This document shows, one piece after another, positions 9,500 to 18,966 of a stretch of DNA of 64,000 nt. Both the position numbers and the translations under genes were made by a program. Origin of the DNA: Eubacteriales bacterium (lineage in GTDB: Bacteria > Bacillota > Clostridia > Oscillospirales > CAG-382); contig JAZSFD010000107.1 of assembly GCA_045532035.1 (NCBI GenBank), forward strand, positions 383 to 64,382. Direction: 5' to 3'. A model generated the notes under the pieces. It was not told the DNA's origin. It was given only the letters and a program-made list of their open reading frames with translations, and made no database searches. The number at the start of each line of letters is the position of its first letter. The first letter of the stretch is position 1.

Positions 9500-10822
9500 T
9501 TATTCCACGATATATTTTTCAAGCATACCGGATATTTTTGCATCTGCCATAGCCTCAACAAGGGTTCCGTTTTCGGTGTATTCCACCGAAAGCACCGTCG
9601 CCTTGCTGTAAAGAATATCAAGTTTTGCTCCGTCATTGAAAGGAAAGAGGAATTTCAGTTTTTTCTGGTTTGCGCCCAGCTCCTCCTCAATGACCGAAAG
9701 AAGCTCGTCTGTGCCGTAGCCTGTGGTTGCAGAAACAAAAACAGCCTTTTTGTCTCCCACTGTCGATTTTTCGGGAACGGCTTCAAGCTTGTCACACTTG
9801 TTGAAGACATAAATGGTCGGCTTTCCGCCGGCGCCAAGGTCTGCAAGAGTTTTTTCGGTGACCTCTGTCTTCATTTGCGCGTTCTCGTCGGAGGCATCGA
9901 TGAGGATAAGAAGCACATCGGCATATTTTGCCTCGTCAAGAGTGCTCTTGAAAGCCTTGACAAGACCGTGGGGGAGATTATTGATAAAGCCTACCGTGTC
10001 GGTCAAAAGCACCTCAAAGCCCGATGGCAGCTCAAGCTTTCTGACTGTCGGGTCAAGGGTTGCAAACAGCTTGTCCTCGGCAAGAATGCCGGCATTTGTC
10101 AGATAGTTGAGAAGAGTTGATTTTCCTGCGTTGGTGTAGCCAACGATGGCAATGACGGGAATGTTCGATTTTCTGCGCTGCTTGCGCATGGTATCTCTTG
10201 TGTTTTCGAGGGTCAAAAGCTGTTCCTCAAGAGAAGCAATTCGGCGTTTGATGTGGCGGCGGTCGGTCTCAAGCTTTGTTTCACCGGGACCTCGCGCGCC
10301 CACAGAACCGCTTGCGGAGGCACCGCCCTGGCGGGACATTTCGATACCTTTTCCTGTGAGTCGGGGAGCGGTGTATTTAAGCTGTGCGATCTCGACCTGA
10401 AGCTTTCCTTCGCCTGTCACCGCGTGGTGGGCAAAGATGTCGAGAATAAGCATGGTGCGGTCAATGACGCGCAGTTCCGAATCTTTGGGCGAGATGCCTT
10501 TTTCAAGGTTTCTGATCTGGGAGGGGGAAAGCTCGCAATCAAAAACCACAAGCTTTATGTTGTGATTTTCGCAAAGCTGTGCTGCCTCCTCCATTTTTCC
10601 GACGCCAATATATGTGGCGGCCTCGGGGGAGGGACGGCATTGGGTGAGAAAGAAGAATTCACATTCCTCCTCTTTTTGACCGATGAGCGCTGTTTGGGCA
10701 AGCGCTTTCAGCTCGTCCAATGATTTTTCTGCTTTCTCGGCTTCGTTTGCCGAAAAATACAGCGACACAAGAAGCACTCCGAAGCGTTCTTTATTTTCAT
10801 TTTCAAAAACAACCTCAGCCAT
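9500..10822 (-). CDS. hflX: GTPase HflX
   Basis: HflX-type N-terminal domain followed by a G domain: G1 GYTNAGKSTLLN, G3 DTVGF, G4 NKCD. Confidence 0.9.
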   Translation of the reverse strand: MAEVVFENENKERFGVLLVSLYFSANEAEKAEKSLDELKALAQTALIGQKEEECEFFFLTQCRPSPEAATYIGVGKMEEAAQLCENHNIKLVVFDCELSPSQIRNLEKGISPKDSELRVIDRTMLILDIFAHHAVTGEGKLQVEIAQLKYTAPRLTGKGIEMSRQGGASASGSVGARGPGETKLETDRRHIKRRIASLEEQLLTLENTRDTMRKQRRKSNIPVIAIVGYTNAGKSTLLNYLTNAGILAEDKLFATLDPTVRKLELPSGFEVLLTDTVGFINNLPHGLVKAFKSTLDEAKYADVLLILIDASDENAQMKTEVTEKTLADLGAGGKPTIYVFNKCDKLEAVPEKSTVGDKKAVFVSATTGYGTDELLSVIEEELGANQKKLKFLFPFNDGAKLDILYSKATVLSVEYTENGTLVEAMADAKISGMLEKYIVE

Positions 10823-10936
10823 TTTTCCTCCTTGAAAAAAGCAGGTGCAAACAATTAAAGTTTAGCATAATAGTTTTATAAAAGATATACCTATCTTGTC
10901 GGATTTTTCAGATATCTTGACATTTGCCGCAAAAAC

Positions 10937-11986
10937 TCAGATGCAGCACTTGACGGGAGCGTTCTTTTCGACAGATTCAAAGCCTGCCTCAATAACTTTC
11001 ATGACTCTCATCATTTCGTAGTGCTTTACGATCTGTACTTCTTTTCCTTCTATCGCGCGGCAGAAATTGCGGTAATAGTCGTGCACATCAGACTCGGGAC
11101 GGGGATTGGAATAGGTTTCTGTGGTAAGATCGTCACGGGGAGCCATGGTTTTGGTAAGGCCTGCGGCTGTGACGATGGGAGTGACATTGTTCTGATACCA
11201 CTCCTTGCATCTGACGACCTCGCATTCCGAACTCCAGTCACGAACGATTGCAGAGCCCATTTCGCCAAGTACATAAAATCTCGGCATCGAAACGAAGTTG
11301 TAGGTTCCCACCTCCACAAGATATCTTGTGCCGTTTTCAAAGGTTATATCCAAACGGAAGCCGTCGTCGACTTCTTTGTTTGTGAGATGGTCAAAACGGC
11401 AAAAGATTTCGCAAACACGGCTGTCAAAAACCGCCTGCAAAGCCTGGTCGATGAGATGGATGCCCCAGTCATAAAGCATTCCGCCGCCGTGCTGCTTTTC
11501 GCCGCGCCAGTCACCGGGAATTCCGCGGGAGCCGTGGACACGCGACTCGATGTTGAAGACCTTTCCGATCTCTTTTGATTTGTAAATATCCTTTACCATA
11601 AGGAAATCCACATCCCAGCGTCTGTTCTGATGCACCGAGAAGACTTTGCCGTATTTGTTTGCGGCATCAATCATTTCCTGAAGGTCTGCGCACGAAAGGG
11701 TGACGGGTTTTTCGGAAATGACATTTTTGCCTGCTGCCATTGCTTTTATGGCAATTTCCTTGTGGAAATCGTTGGGAGTAGCAATTGTTACTACATCAAC
11801 CTTTTCGTCGGCAAGAAGCTCGTCGAGGGAGGAATAGGCATGGATGCCCATATCTCTTGCGGCCGTGTTTCTTTCTTCCTTGATGTCAAAAATGCCCAAA
11901 AGGGATACGACATCACTTTTGAGAGCGTGCCTTGCGTGCCAGCCGCCCATGCCTCCGAAGCCTACGATTGCGAGATTGTGTTTCAT
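10937..11986 (-). CDS. Gfo/Idh/MocA-family NAD(P)-dependent oxidoreductase
   Basis: N-terminal Rossmann motif MKHNLAIVGFGGMGG, EKP motif (ISEKPV), and a C-terminal alpha/beta domain. I moved the start to ATG 11986. Confidence 0.8.
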   Translation of the reverse strand: MKHNLAIVGFGGMGGWHARHALKSDVVSLLGIFDIKEERNTAARDMGIHAYSSLDELLADEKVDVVTIATPNDFHKEIAIKAMAAGKNVISEKPVTLSCADLQEMIDAANKYGKVFSVHQNRRWDVDFLMVKDIYKSKEIGKVFNIESRVHGSRGIPGDWRGEKQHGGGMLYDWGIHLIDQALQAVFDSRVCEIFCRFDHLTNKEVDDGFRLDITFENGTRYLVEVGTYNFVSMPRFYVLGEMGSAIVRDWSSECEVVRCKEWYQNNVTPIVTAAGLTKTMAPRDDLTTETYSNPRPESDVHDYYRNFCRAIEGKEVQIVKHYEMMRVMKVIEAGFESVEKNAPVKCCI

Positions 11987-12142
11987 AATAATAGCCTTTC
12001 TTTGTTGATGGTATTCCATATGGTTATTCCATATGGTTATATTGCAATTATACAATAGTTTTTTCGCAAATTCAAGAGTTTTGGCAAGATAAGAAAAAAT
12101 CGACAAAAAGCATAACAGAAAAGCGATAATTTACGAAAAGTC

Positions 12143-12171
12143 TGTACATTTTATGATTTTTGTGATAAAAT
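12143..12171 (+). promoter_or_regulatory. Possible SigA-type promoter of uvrA
   Basis: TGTACA (12143-12148), a 17-nt spacer, then TAAAAT (12166-12171) preceded by TGA (extended -10-like). The -35 is weak. Confidence 0.3.
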
Positions 12172-12220
12172 ATATTTGATTATTTATTTCGTTTAACAGT
12201 TCATCCGAAAGGTGCAAAAA

Positions 12221-15046
12221 ATGGCAAATAAATCTTTGAAAGTATACGGCGCGCGAGTGCACAACCTAAAAAATATCGATGTGGAGATTCCGCGAGACAA
12301 GCTTGTGGTATTCACAGGTGTTTCGGGCTCGGGAAAGTCATCTCTTGCTTTTGATACTATTTATGCCGAGGGACACAGGCGCTTTGTGGAATCTCTCTCC
12401 TCCTATGCCCGAATGTTTCTCGGTCAGCTTGACAAGCCTGACATTGATTCGATCGACGGCCTTTCTCCCGCCATCTCGATAGATCAGAAGACAACCTCGA
12501 AGAATCCCAGATCGACAGTGGGCACCGTCACCGAGATATATGACTATCTTCGTCTTCTCTATGCCCGTTGCGGCGTGCCCCATTGTCCCGTGTGCGGAAA
12601 AGAGATCGAACAGCAGACGATTGATGAGATTATCGACAGCATCATGACTCTTCCCGAAAAGACAAAATTCATGGTGTTGGCACCGGTCGTTCGCGGCAAA
12701 AAGGGTATGCACGAAAAGATTTTTGCCGACGCTCAGAAAAACGGATATGTCAGAGTCCGTGTCGATGGCGCCATCCTTACCCTCGGCGAGGATTTCGGAC
12801 TTGACAAGAACAAAAAGCATGACATTGACATTGTCGTTGACCGTCTTGTCATGAAAGAAGATATTCGCTCACGCCTCACCGATTCTGTTGAGAGCGCCTG
12901 CAAGCTTTCGGAAGGAAATCTGACGGTATATCTTCCTGACTCTCCCGAGGGAGAAAATGAGCTCGAATTTTCCCAGAACTATGCCTGCCGCGAGCATGGT
13001 ATCAGTCTCGGAGAGCTTGAACCACGAATGTTTTCGTTCAACAGTCCTTTTGGTGCTTGCCCCGACTGCGACGGTCTTGGTCAGACTCTTGTTCTTTCTC
13101 CCGACAAGCTTATCCCTGACAAGAGTCTTTCGCTTCGTGACGGCGCATGCATCTGTAACGGCTATAAATCAATGGACAAGCGAGCTTGGACAGGAAATCT
13201 TTTTGATCAGGCACTTTCCGATTACGGCTATGGCATTTCGACTCCGATAGAACAGCTTTCGGAGGAGGCGTATAATGCCATGCTGTACGGCACCGACCGA
13301 AAGTATGCCATGAAATATGCAGGCAGAACTTATGAAGTGTCTTTCGACGGTATGCTGAATGATATCGACCGCCGATACAAAATGTCGGTAAATAACCACG
13401 AACAGAGGGAATATTATGAGCAGTTTATGGAGCAGATCCCGTGCAAGGCTTGCTCGGGAAAAAGACTGAAGAAAGAGCCGATGGCGGTCACTGTGGGGGA
13501 CAAGAACATTTCAGAGGTCTGCGATCTTGGAGTGTGTGATGCCAAGAGCTTTTTTGAAACGATCAAGCTTTCGAAAAAGAATGAGGCAATAGCGAAAGAT
13601 ATCCTCAAGGAAATAAAAGCAAGGCTTGGTTTTCTCACAAATGTGGGACTTGGTTATCTGACCCTTTCAAGAGCGTCAGGTACTCTTTCAGGCGGTGAGA
13701 GCCAGCGTATCCGCCTTGCAACGCAGATAGGCTCGTCACTGATGGGAGTTCTTTATATTCTCGATGAGCCGTCGATCGGTCTTCATCAGCGCGATAACGA
13801 AAAGCTTATCGAAACTCTCAAAAAATTGCGCGATATCGGCAACACGCTCATTGTTGTTGAGCACGACGAGGAAACAATGCTTGCGTCTGACTATATCGTA
13901 GATATCGGACCTCTTGCGGGTGTTCACGGAGGTAGGATAGTTGCCGCAGGAACCCCTGCACAGCTCATGAAAGCAAAGGATTCTGTCACCGCAGATTTTC
14001 TTTCGGGCAGAAGAAAGATCGCAGTTCCCGAAAAAAGACGTGAAGGCAACGGAAAATTTTTGAAGATCGTCGGGGCGAAGGAGCATAATCTCAAAAACAT
14101 CGATGTTTCGATTCCGTTGGGAACTTTTACCTGCGTCACAGGTGTTTCGGGTTCGGGAAAATCGTCGCTTATCAACAGTATTCTTTATAACGAGCTTGCA
14201 AAAAAGCTTAACCGCGCTCACACGATTCCGGGCAAACACACAAGAATCGAGGGTGTAGATCAGCTTGACAAAGTCATCAACATCGACCAGTCGCCGATAG
14301 GCAGAACTCCGCGCTCAAATCCTGCCACCTATACAGGTCTTTTTACCGATATCCGTGCTCTGTATGCCACCACTACCGATTCGAAGATCCGAGGCTATAA
14401 GCAGGACAGGTTTTCGTTTAACCTCAAGGGCGGTCGGTGTGAGGCGTGCCAGGGTGACGGACTTCTGAAAATAGAGATGCATTTTCTTCCCGATGTTTAT
14501 ATCACCTGCGATGTCTGCAAGGGCAAGCGCTATAACCGCGAAACGCTGGAGGTAAAATATAAGGGAAAGAGTATTTTTGATGTGCTTGACATGACGGTCG
14601 ATGAGGGATTGAAATTTTTCGAAAATCTCCCGAGTCTGCGCCGCAAGCTTGCCACTCTTTCGGAGGTGGGACTCGGCTATATCAAGATAGGTCAGGCATC
14701 CACCACCCTTTCGGGCGGTGAGGCGCAGCGCGTCAAGCTTGCCACAGAGCTTTCAAAGCGCGCCACGGGAAAAACGGTTTATATCCTTGATGAGCCGACC
14801 ACAGGTCTTCATACCGCTGATGTCGAAAAGCTTGTGGAGGTGCTCCAGAAGCTTGTGGATACAGGCAACACCGTCATTGTCATCGAGCATAATCTTGATA
14901 TGATAAAATGTGCCGATTATATTATCGACCTTGGCCCCGAAGGGGGAGATGAGGGTGGAACGCTTGTCACCTGCGGAACTCCCGAGGAGGTTGCAAAGTG
15001 CGAAAGGTCTTATACGGGACACTACTTGAAAGGCAAGCTTTCATAA
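12221..15046 (+). CDS. uvrA: Excinuclease ABC subunit A
   Basis: Two ABC ATPase modules ([10 protein letters not shown] twice; LSGGE signatures twice) with zinc-finger insertions ([25 protein letters not shown]). ATG 12221 follows GAAAGGTG; the ORF track starts at GTG 12212. Confidence 0.97.
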   Translation: MANKSLKVYGARVHNLKNIDVEIPRDKLVVFTGVSGSGKSSLAFDTIYAEGHRRFVESLSSYARMFLGQLDKPDIDSIDGLSPAISIDQKTTSKNPRSTVGTVTEIYDYLRLLYARCGVPHCPVCGKEIEQQTIDEIIDSIMTLPEKTKFMVLAPVVRGKKGMHEKIFADAQKNGYVRVRVDGAILTLGEDFGLDKNKKHDIDIVVDRLVMKEDIRSRLTDSVESACKLSEGNLTVYLPDSPEGENELEFSQNYACREHGISLGELEPRMFSFNSPFGACPDCDGLGQTLVLSPDKLIPDKSLSLRDGACICNGYKSMDKRAWTGNLFDQALSDYGYGISTPIEQLSEEAYNAMLYGTDRKYAMKYAGRTYEVSFDGMLNDIDRRYKMSVNNHEQREYYEQFMEQIPCKACSGKRLKKEPMAVTVGDKNISEVCDLGVCDAKSFFETIKLSKKNEAIAKDILKEIKARLGFLTNVGLGYLTLSRASGTLSGGESQRIRLATQIGSSLMGVLYILDEPSIGLHQRDNEKLIETLKKLRDIGNTLIVVEHDEETMLASDYIVDIGPLAGVHGGRIVAAGTPAQLMKAKDSVTADFLSGRRKIAVPEKRREGNGKFLKIVGAKEHNLKNIDVSIPLGTFTCVTGVSGSGKSSLINSILYNELAKKLNRAHTIPGKHTRIEGVDQLDKVINIDQSPIGRTPRSNPATYTGLFTDIRALYATTTDSKIRGYKQDRFSFNLKGGRCEACQGDGLLKIEMHFLPDVYITCDVCKGKRYNRETLEVKYKGKSIFDVLDMTVDEGLKFFENLPSLRRKLATLSEVGLGYIKIGQASTTLSGGEAQRVKLATELSKRATGKTVYILDEPTTGLHTADVEKLVEVLQKLVDTGNTVIVIEHNLDMIKCADYIIDLGPEGGDEGGTLVTCGTPEEVAKCERSYTGHYLKGKLS

Positions 15047-15066
15047 AAGGCAAGCTTTTATAACGC

Positions 15067-15094
15067 AAAAAATCCCCCGATATGGGGGATTTTT
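15067..15094. terminator. Bidirectional rho-independent terminator (uvrA / spoVT)
   Basis: AAAATCCCCC pairs with GGGGGATTTT across a 5-nt loop. An A-run on one side and a T-run on the other give U-tracts on both strands. Confidence 0.8.
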
Positions 15095-15096
15095 CG

Positions 15097-15639
15097 TTAT
15101 GATTCAAGCTGCTTTGAAAGGAATGCCGCCGCGGTCTGGATGAGCTTGATTTCTGTTTCATCGGGAGTGTGCTCTCGGTCTTCGGGGAGAAGGCTTATGA
15201 CAGAGCCGATGATGTCGCCCTCCGAAAGGATGGGCATACAAACCGAAATGAAGATGCGCTCGTTGCCGTCAATGACAGATCTTTTGTTGTCTGTACTTGC
15301 AGTGTAAAGAGAACGCGATTCCATAATCTCTTCGATCTCATGGGCGATCTTTTTTTCGGCTGCATCCTTTTTGGATACGCCTGCATACGCCACTACCGTG
15401 TCGCGGTCGGTGATGATAATTGGGATGTCGCTTGTCTTGTAAAGTGTTTCGGCATATTGCGATGCAAAGCTTAAAAGCTCGCCGATGGGCGAATATTTTT
15501 TGAAGATAACCTCTCCGTCACGGTCGGTGAATATTTCAAGCGGGTCGCCCTCGCGAATTCTCATTGTTCTTCTTATTTCCTTTGGAATAACGACTCTTCC
15601 GAGATCGTCAATTCTCCTTACAATTCCTGTTGCTTTCAT
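15097..15639 (-). CDS. spoVT: Stage V sporulation protein T (AbrB-type DNA-binding domain + GAF-like domain)
   Basis: N-terminal swapped-hairpin motif GIVRRIDDLGRVVIPKEIRRTMRIREGDPLEIF plus a ~125-aa C-terminal domain. Total length is 180 aa, as in Bacillus SpoVT. Confidence 0.85.
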   Translation of the reverse strand: MKATGIVRRIDDLGRVVIPKEIRRTMRIREGDPLEIFTDRDGEVIFKKYSPIGELLSFASQYAETLYKTSDIPIIITDRDTVVAYAGVSKKDAAEKKIAHEIEEIMESRSLYTASTDNKRSVIDGNERIFISVCMPILSEGDIIGSVISLLPEDREHTPDETEIKLIQTAAAFLSKQLES

Positions 15640-15645
15640 ATATAA

Positions 15646-15700
15646 AAATCTCCTTTTTTCCTTTTGGGACGATGTTAGTATGTGTAAAAAAAGGAGATTT
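15646..15700 (-). promoter_or_regulatory. Stem-loop that would sequester the spoVT Shine-Dalgarno sequence
   Basis: 14-bp perfect inverted repeat: 15646-15659 (AAATCTCCTTTTTT) with 15687-15700 (AAAAAAGGAGATTT), 27-nt loop. On the minus strand the proximal arm contains the AAGGAGA RBS 6-8 nt before ATG 15639. Confidence 0.45.
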
Positions 15701-15805
15701 ATACTGTATGATTTTTAACGCCTTAAAAAACAGATAAAAATCCTGCCGAATGCAGTGGGCTACAGCGGAGATTACTCCGCTGTTATTTTTTACAGACAAC
15801 AAAAA

Positions 15806-15833
15806 TTGACATTCACATATTTTATGATATAAT
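15806..15833 (+). promoter_or_regulatory. SigA-type promoter with extended -10
   Basis: TTGACA (15806-15811), a 16-nt spacer, then TGATATAAT (TATAAT at 15828-15833). It lies ~60 nt upstream of ATG 15894. Confidence 0.6.
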
Positions 15834-15893
15834 ATTAACGAAAATACTCTGTTTTTCGGCTATCAATATCAAAAAGCATAAGGAGGCAGCAAT

Positions 15894-16652
15894 ATGAGGT
15901 TTTGTATTCCTATCCCATGTTTTTTCAAAGGTGATTTTTCCGATGCCATAAGAAAAGTAAGCGAGCTTGGCTTTGATGCGGTTGAGACCTATGATTGGAG
16001 ATCGCTTGATTTTGACTCTGTAAAAAAAACGCTTTGCGAAACGGGTATTGAGCTTGTCAGTATGTGTACCACTGATTTTTGCCTGACCGACCCTGCAAAC
16101 CGTGAAAAATGGCTGTGTGGGCTTTCCGAGAGCTGTGAGGCGGCAAAGGCTTTGGGAGTAAAGCATCTGATAACGCAGGTCGGAAACGACACAGGAGCTC
16201 CAAGAGAGCTTCAGCACGCCTCCATCGTCGAAGGGCTGAAAAAAGGTGCCCCCATCCTTGAGGCTGCCGGAGTTACACTTATGATCGAGCCTTTGAATAC
16301 CATATACGATCACAAAGGCTATTATCTTTGGTCGGCGGTTGAGGGGTTTGAAATAATCCGTGAGGTGGCAAGCCCTGATGTGAAGCTTGTATATGATATC
16401 TATCACCAACAGGTCATGGAGGGAAACATCATCCGCAATATAACCGAAAATCTTGATTGCATTGCCCATCTGCACGCCGCGGGACACCCCGGAAGACATG
16501 AACTGCAATTTGGTGAAAATGATTATAAGGTGATATGGCAAGCCTGCGATAAGGCAGGATACACCGGCTGCTGCGGCCTTGAATATTCGCCTCTTTTAGA
16601 GCCTGTCGAAAGCCTTGAGGAGTTTATCAGAATATATAAGGACAATGAATAA
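15894..16652 (+). CDS. Xylose-isomerase-like TIM-barrel protein (hydroxypyruvate isomerase / sugar-phosphate epimerase family)
   Basis: 252 aa with motifs typical of the Hyi/AP-endonuclease-2 TIM-barrel family: LGFDAVE, LMIEPLN, DIYHQQ, HLHAAG. AAGGAGG RBS. Confidence 0.65.
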   Translation: MRFCIPIPCFFKGDFSDAIRKVSELGFDAVETYDWRSLDFDSVKKTLCETGIELVSMCTTDFCLTDPANREKWLCGLSESCEAAKALGVKHLITQVGNDTGAPRELQHASIVEGLKKGAPILEAAGVTLMIEPLNTIYDHKGYYLWSAVEGFEIIREVASPDVKLVYDIYHQQVMEGNIIRNITENLDCIAHLHAAGHPGRHELQFGENDYKVIWQACDKAGYTGCCGLEYSPLLEPVESLEEFIRIYKDNE

Positions 16653-16693
16653 TGACCGAAAAGTCCTTTTTGGCAAATGTTGCGAAAAAAGCC

Positions 16694-16722
16694 TTTTTGT
16701 CAGTTATAAAGTGTGACAAAAA
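16694..16722. promoter_or_regulatory. Perfect 9-bp inverted repeat upstream of the TIR-Sel1-TPR gene (operator or hairpin candidate)
   Basis: TTTTTGTCA (16694-16702), 11 nt, then TGACAAAAA (16714-16722). It ends 18 nt before ATG 16741 and contains the heptamer TGTGACA. Confidence 0.4.
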
Positions 16723-16740
16723 ACGACCGGAGGACAAGAT

Positions 16741-18819
16741 ATGTCATTCTTGAAGTATAAAACACGAGCAGGCTCCTCTCCCGAAAGAAAGCCGAGGGTA
16801 TATTTCTGCTGTCACCCCGACGATCACGGAGTATATTTTGATGAGATAACAGATGAACTGCTCGGGAAGACCGATTGCGCTATTTTTTATCCCGAAGAGC
16901 CTGATGCGGTGAGGGATGAGGATTATTTTTTCGAGCTTTCGCAGATGCAGCTTTTTGTAATGCCTGTGACAACGCGCTTGCTTACGACAAAAAATCCTGC
17001 CCTTGACACCGATTTTGCCTATGCCATGGAAAAGCATATTCCCGTTCTTCCGCTGATGCAGGAGAGCGGACTTGACGAGCTTTTCAATGCAAAATGCGGG
17101 GATCTTCAGTATCTTGATAAGTACAAGCGCGACGATACCGCCATAAGCTATGATGAAAAGCTCGAAAAGTATCTTTCGTCGGTGCTCATCGGGGACGAGC
17201 TTGCCGAAAAGATAAGAGCAGCCTTTGACGCATATGTTTTCCTGAGCTACAGGAAGATCGACCGCAGAGAAGCAAACAGGCTGATGCGGCTGATACATAA
17301 AAACGATTTCTGTCGGGATATCGCCATCTGGTATGACGAATTTTTGACACCCGGCGAGGATTTTAATGACTCAATAAAACAGGCACTCGACAAAAGCGAG
17401 CTTTTTGTTCTTGCGGTAACCCCGAACCTTTTGAAAAAAGCTCTTGATCCGAACGGTGAGGAGACCGACAACTATATCGTAAAGAACGAATACCCCATGG
17501 CACTGCAGGCGAAAAAGCCTGTTTTTCCCGCCGAGCTTGTGCCTACCGACAAGAAGGAGCTTTCGCGCATCTTTGAGGGCATTCCCGAATGTTCTGATGC
17601 CAATGATGAGAAAGCTTTTTCGGCAGAGCTTTTTAACGCTGTCGAGAAAATTGCCAAAAAGGAAAACGACGGCTCGCCCGAGCATAATTATTTCATCGGC
17701 CTTGCCTATCTTTCGGGAATCGATGTGGAGGTTGACTTCGAAAAGGCGCTCTCTCTTATAACCTTTGCGGCAAATTCGGGACTTGTGGACGCCATGACAA
17801 AGCTTACCGAAATGTACCGCAGCGGCATCGGCGTCGAGCGGGCATATGAAAAGGCAATAGACTGGCAGGCAATCAAGTTAGACGCTCTTGATAAAGAGTA
17901 CAGAAAAGCGCCCGACCCCGAAAAGCTGCACAGCTTTTTTTCAGAGATTTGCCTGTGCGGAGATTGGTGTAATGATATCGGAGTAATAGGACTGGCAAAA
18001 AGATTATATGAAAGAGCTCTGTGCCTGGTTGAAGCTGAAATAAGGTCAAAGCTTGAAGCAGGCTCAGTTGCTATATTGACAACGCAGGATTTGGTGTCAG
18101 GCTACAATAGACTTGGAGATTTATGCAAAGCAGAAGGAAATGTTTCGCAAGCAAAGGAATATTACGAAAAGTCGCTCGAAATATCGTCAGCGCTTGACTC
18201 CGAAACACCCATGCTTCCGACAAAATGGGAGAAGTGGTTAAATTACAGTAAGCTCGGAGATTTATGTTGGAGTGAGGATGATATTTCGGGAGCGGAGGAG
18301 TATTACGAAAAAGCACTTGAAATAGCCTTGGAGCTTGTTGATGAAACATCCGCCGTTGAAGAAAAACGAAATTTGTCGATAAGCTTTCAAAAGCTCGGCA
18401 ACATATATATAACAGAGAGAAACATTCCTAAAGCTAAAGAGTATTACATAAGGTCGCATGAAATATCTTTAGCCCTTGCCGCTGAAACAGACACATTGGA
18501 AGCATATCGGGATTTGTCTGTAAGCTTTGAAAAGCTCGGTGACATATGTAAGGACGAGGGGGATATTGCGGGAGCAAGGCAATATTACGGAGATATGCTT
18601 GAAATAAGAGGTGCTTTTTACCGTGCGATTGAGGATGTTGAAAGCCTCGATTCTCTTGGAGTTGCGTATTACAAAATGTCTCTTGTTGACGAAAAAAATG
18701 CAGAGGTGTTCCTGAAAAAATCGATCGATATCTTTGAAGGCTTGCACAAGGCTTGTCCGAGTGTCAAGCGCTATGTCGAGATTCTTGATGCCATAAGATC
18801 ACAAATCAACGGTGATTGA
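16741..18819 (+). CDS. TIR-domain protein with Sel1 and TPR repeats (possibly two TIR-like modules)
   Basis: aa 165-270 match the bacterial TIR_2 pattern (YVFLSYRKIDRREANRL..IAIWYDEFLTPGEDFNDSIKQAL..LFVLAVTPNLL..NEYPMALQAKKPVFP). aa 18-125 have a similar beta-alpha pattern (RVYFCCHPDD..CAIFY..LFVMPVT..). Sel1-like repeats follow (YFIGLAYLSGIDVEVDFEKA..MTKLTEMYRSGIGVERAYEKAIDW). Then at least four ~42-aa TPR units (LGDLCKAEGNVSQAKEYYEKSLEI, LGDLCWSEDDISGAEEYYEKALEI, LGNIYITERNIPKAKEYYIRSHEI, LGDICKDEGDIAGARQYYGDMLEI). Confidence 0.75.
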   Translation: MSFLKYKTRAGSSPERKPRVYFCCHPDDHGVYFDEITDELLGKTDCAIFYPEEPDAVRDEDYFFELSQMQLFVMPVTTRLLTTKNPALDTDFAYAMEKHIPVLPLMQESGLDELFNAKCGDLQYLDKYKRDDTAISYDEKLEKYLSSVLIGDELAEKIRAAFDAYVFLSYRKIDRREANRLMRLIHKNDFCRDIAIWYDEFLTPGEDFNDSIKQALDKSELFVLAVTPNLLKKALDPNGEETDNYIVKNEYPMALQAKKPVFPAELVPTDKKELSRIFEGIPECSDANDEKAFSAELFNAVEKIAKKENDGSPEHNYFIGLAYLSGIDVEVDFEKALSLITFAANSGLVDAMTKLTEMYRSGIGVERAYEKAIDWQAIKLDALDKEYRKAPDPEKLHSFFSEICLCGDWCNDIGVIGLAKRLYERALCLVEAEIRSKLEAGSVAILTTQDLVSGYNRLGDLCKAEGNVSQAKEYYEKSLEISSALDSETPMLPTKWEKWLNYSKLGDLCWSEDDISGAEEYYEKALEIALELVDETSAVEEKRNLSISFQKLGNIYITERNIPKAKEYYIRSHEISLALAAETDTLEAYRDLSVSFEKLGDICKDEGDIAGARQYYGDMLEIRGAFYRAIEDVESLDSLGVAYYKMSLVDEKNAEVFLKKSIDIFEGLHKACPSVKRYVEILDAIRSQINGD

Positions 18820-18911
18820 TTATACATCCGCCATTCACACACATCTTTTCTTTATGTCAGACAGGCGGATGCCGAGTTTGCTACGCAAACTACGCTATGT
18901 TTTCATTATAC

Positions 18912-18956
18912 AACAAAACAAGCCATTTTCTGAAATTGAAAATGGCTTGTTTTGTT
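18912..18956. terminator. Strong bidirectional terminator closing both convergent transcription units
   Basis: AACAAAACAAGCCATTTTC (18912-18930) pairs with GAAAATGGCTTGTTTTGTT (18938-18956), a ~19-bp stem with T-rich ends on both strands. It sits between the stops at 18819 (+) and 18967 (-). Confidence 0.85.
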
Positions 18957-18966
18957 TAAGGGGGTG

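Noticed and set aside
12107-12220. An SOS (LexA/Cheo box, GAAC-N4-GTTC) operator upstream of uvrA
   Set aside because: The nearest match is only a partial resemblance (TTTAACAGTTCA) and lacks the GAAC half.
18820-18911. Small hairpins (CATCCGCC..GGCGGATG; AGTTTGC-TAC-GCAAACT at 18875-18891) as a possible ncRNA between the convergent genes
   Set aside because: They are short, lack promoter-like elements, and are most simply auxiliary terminator structures ahead of the main 19-bp terminator.
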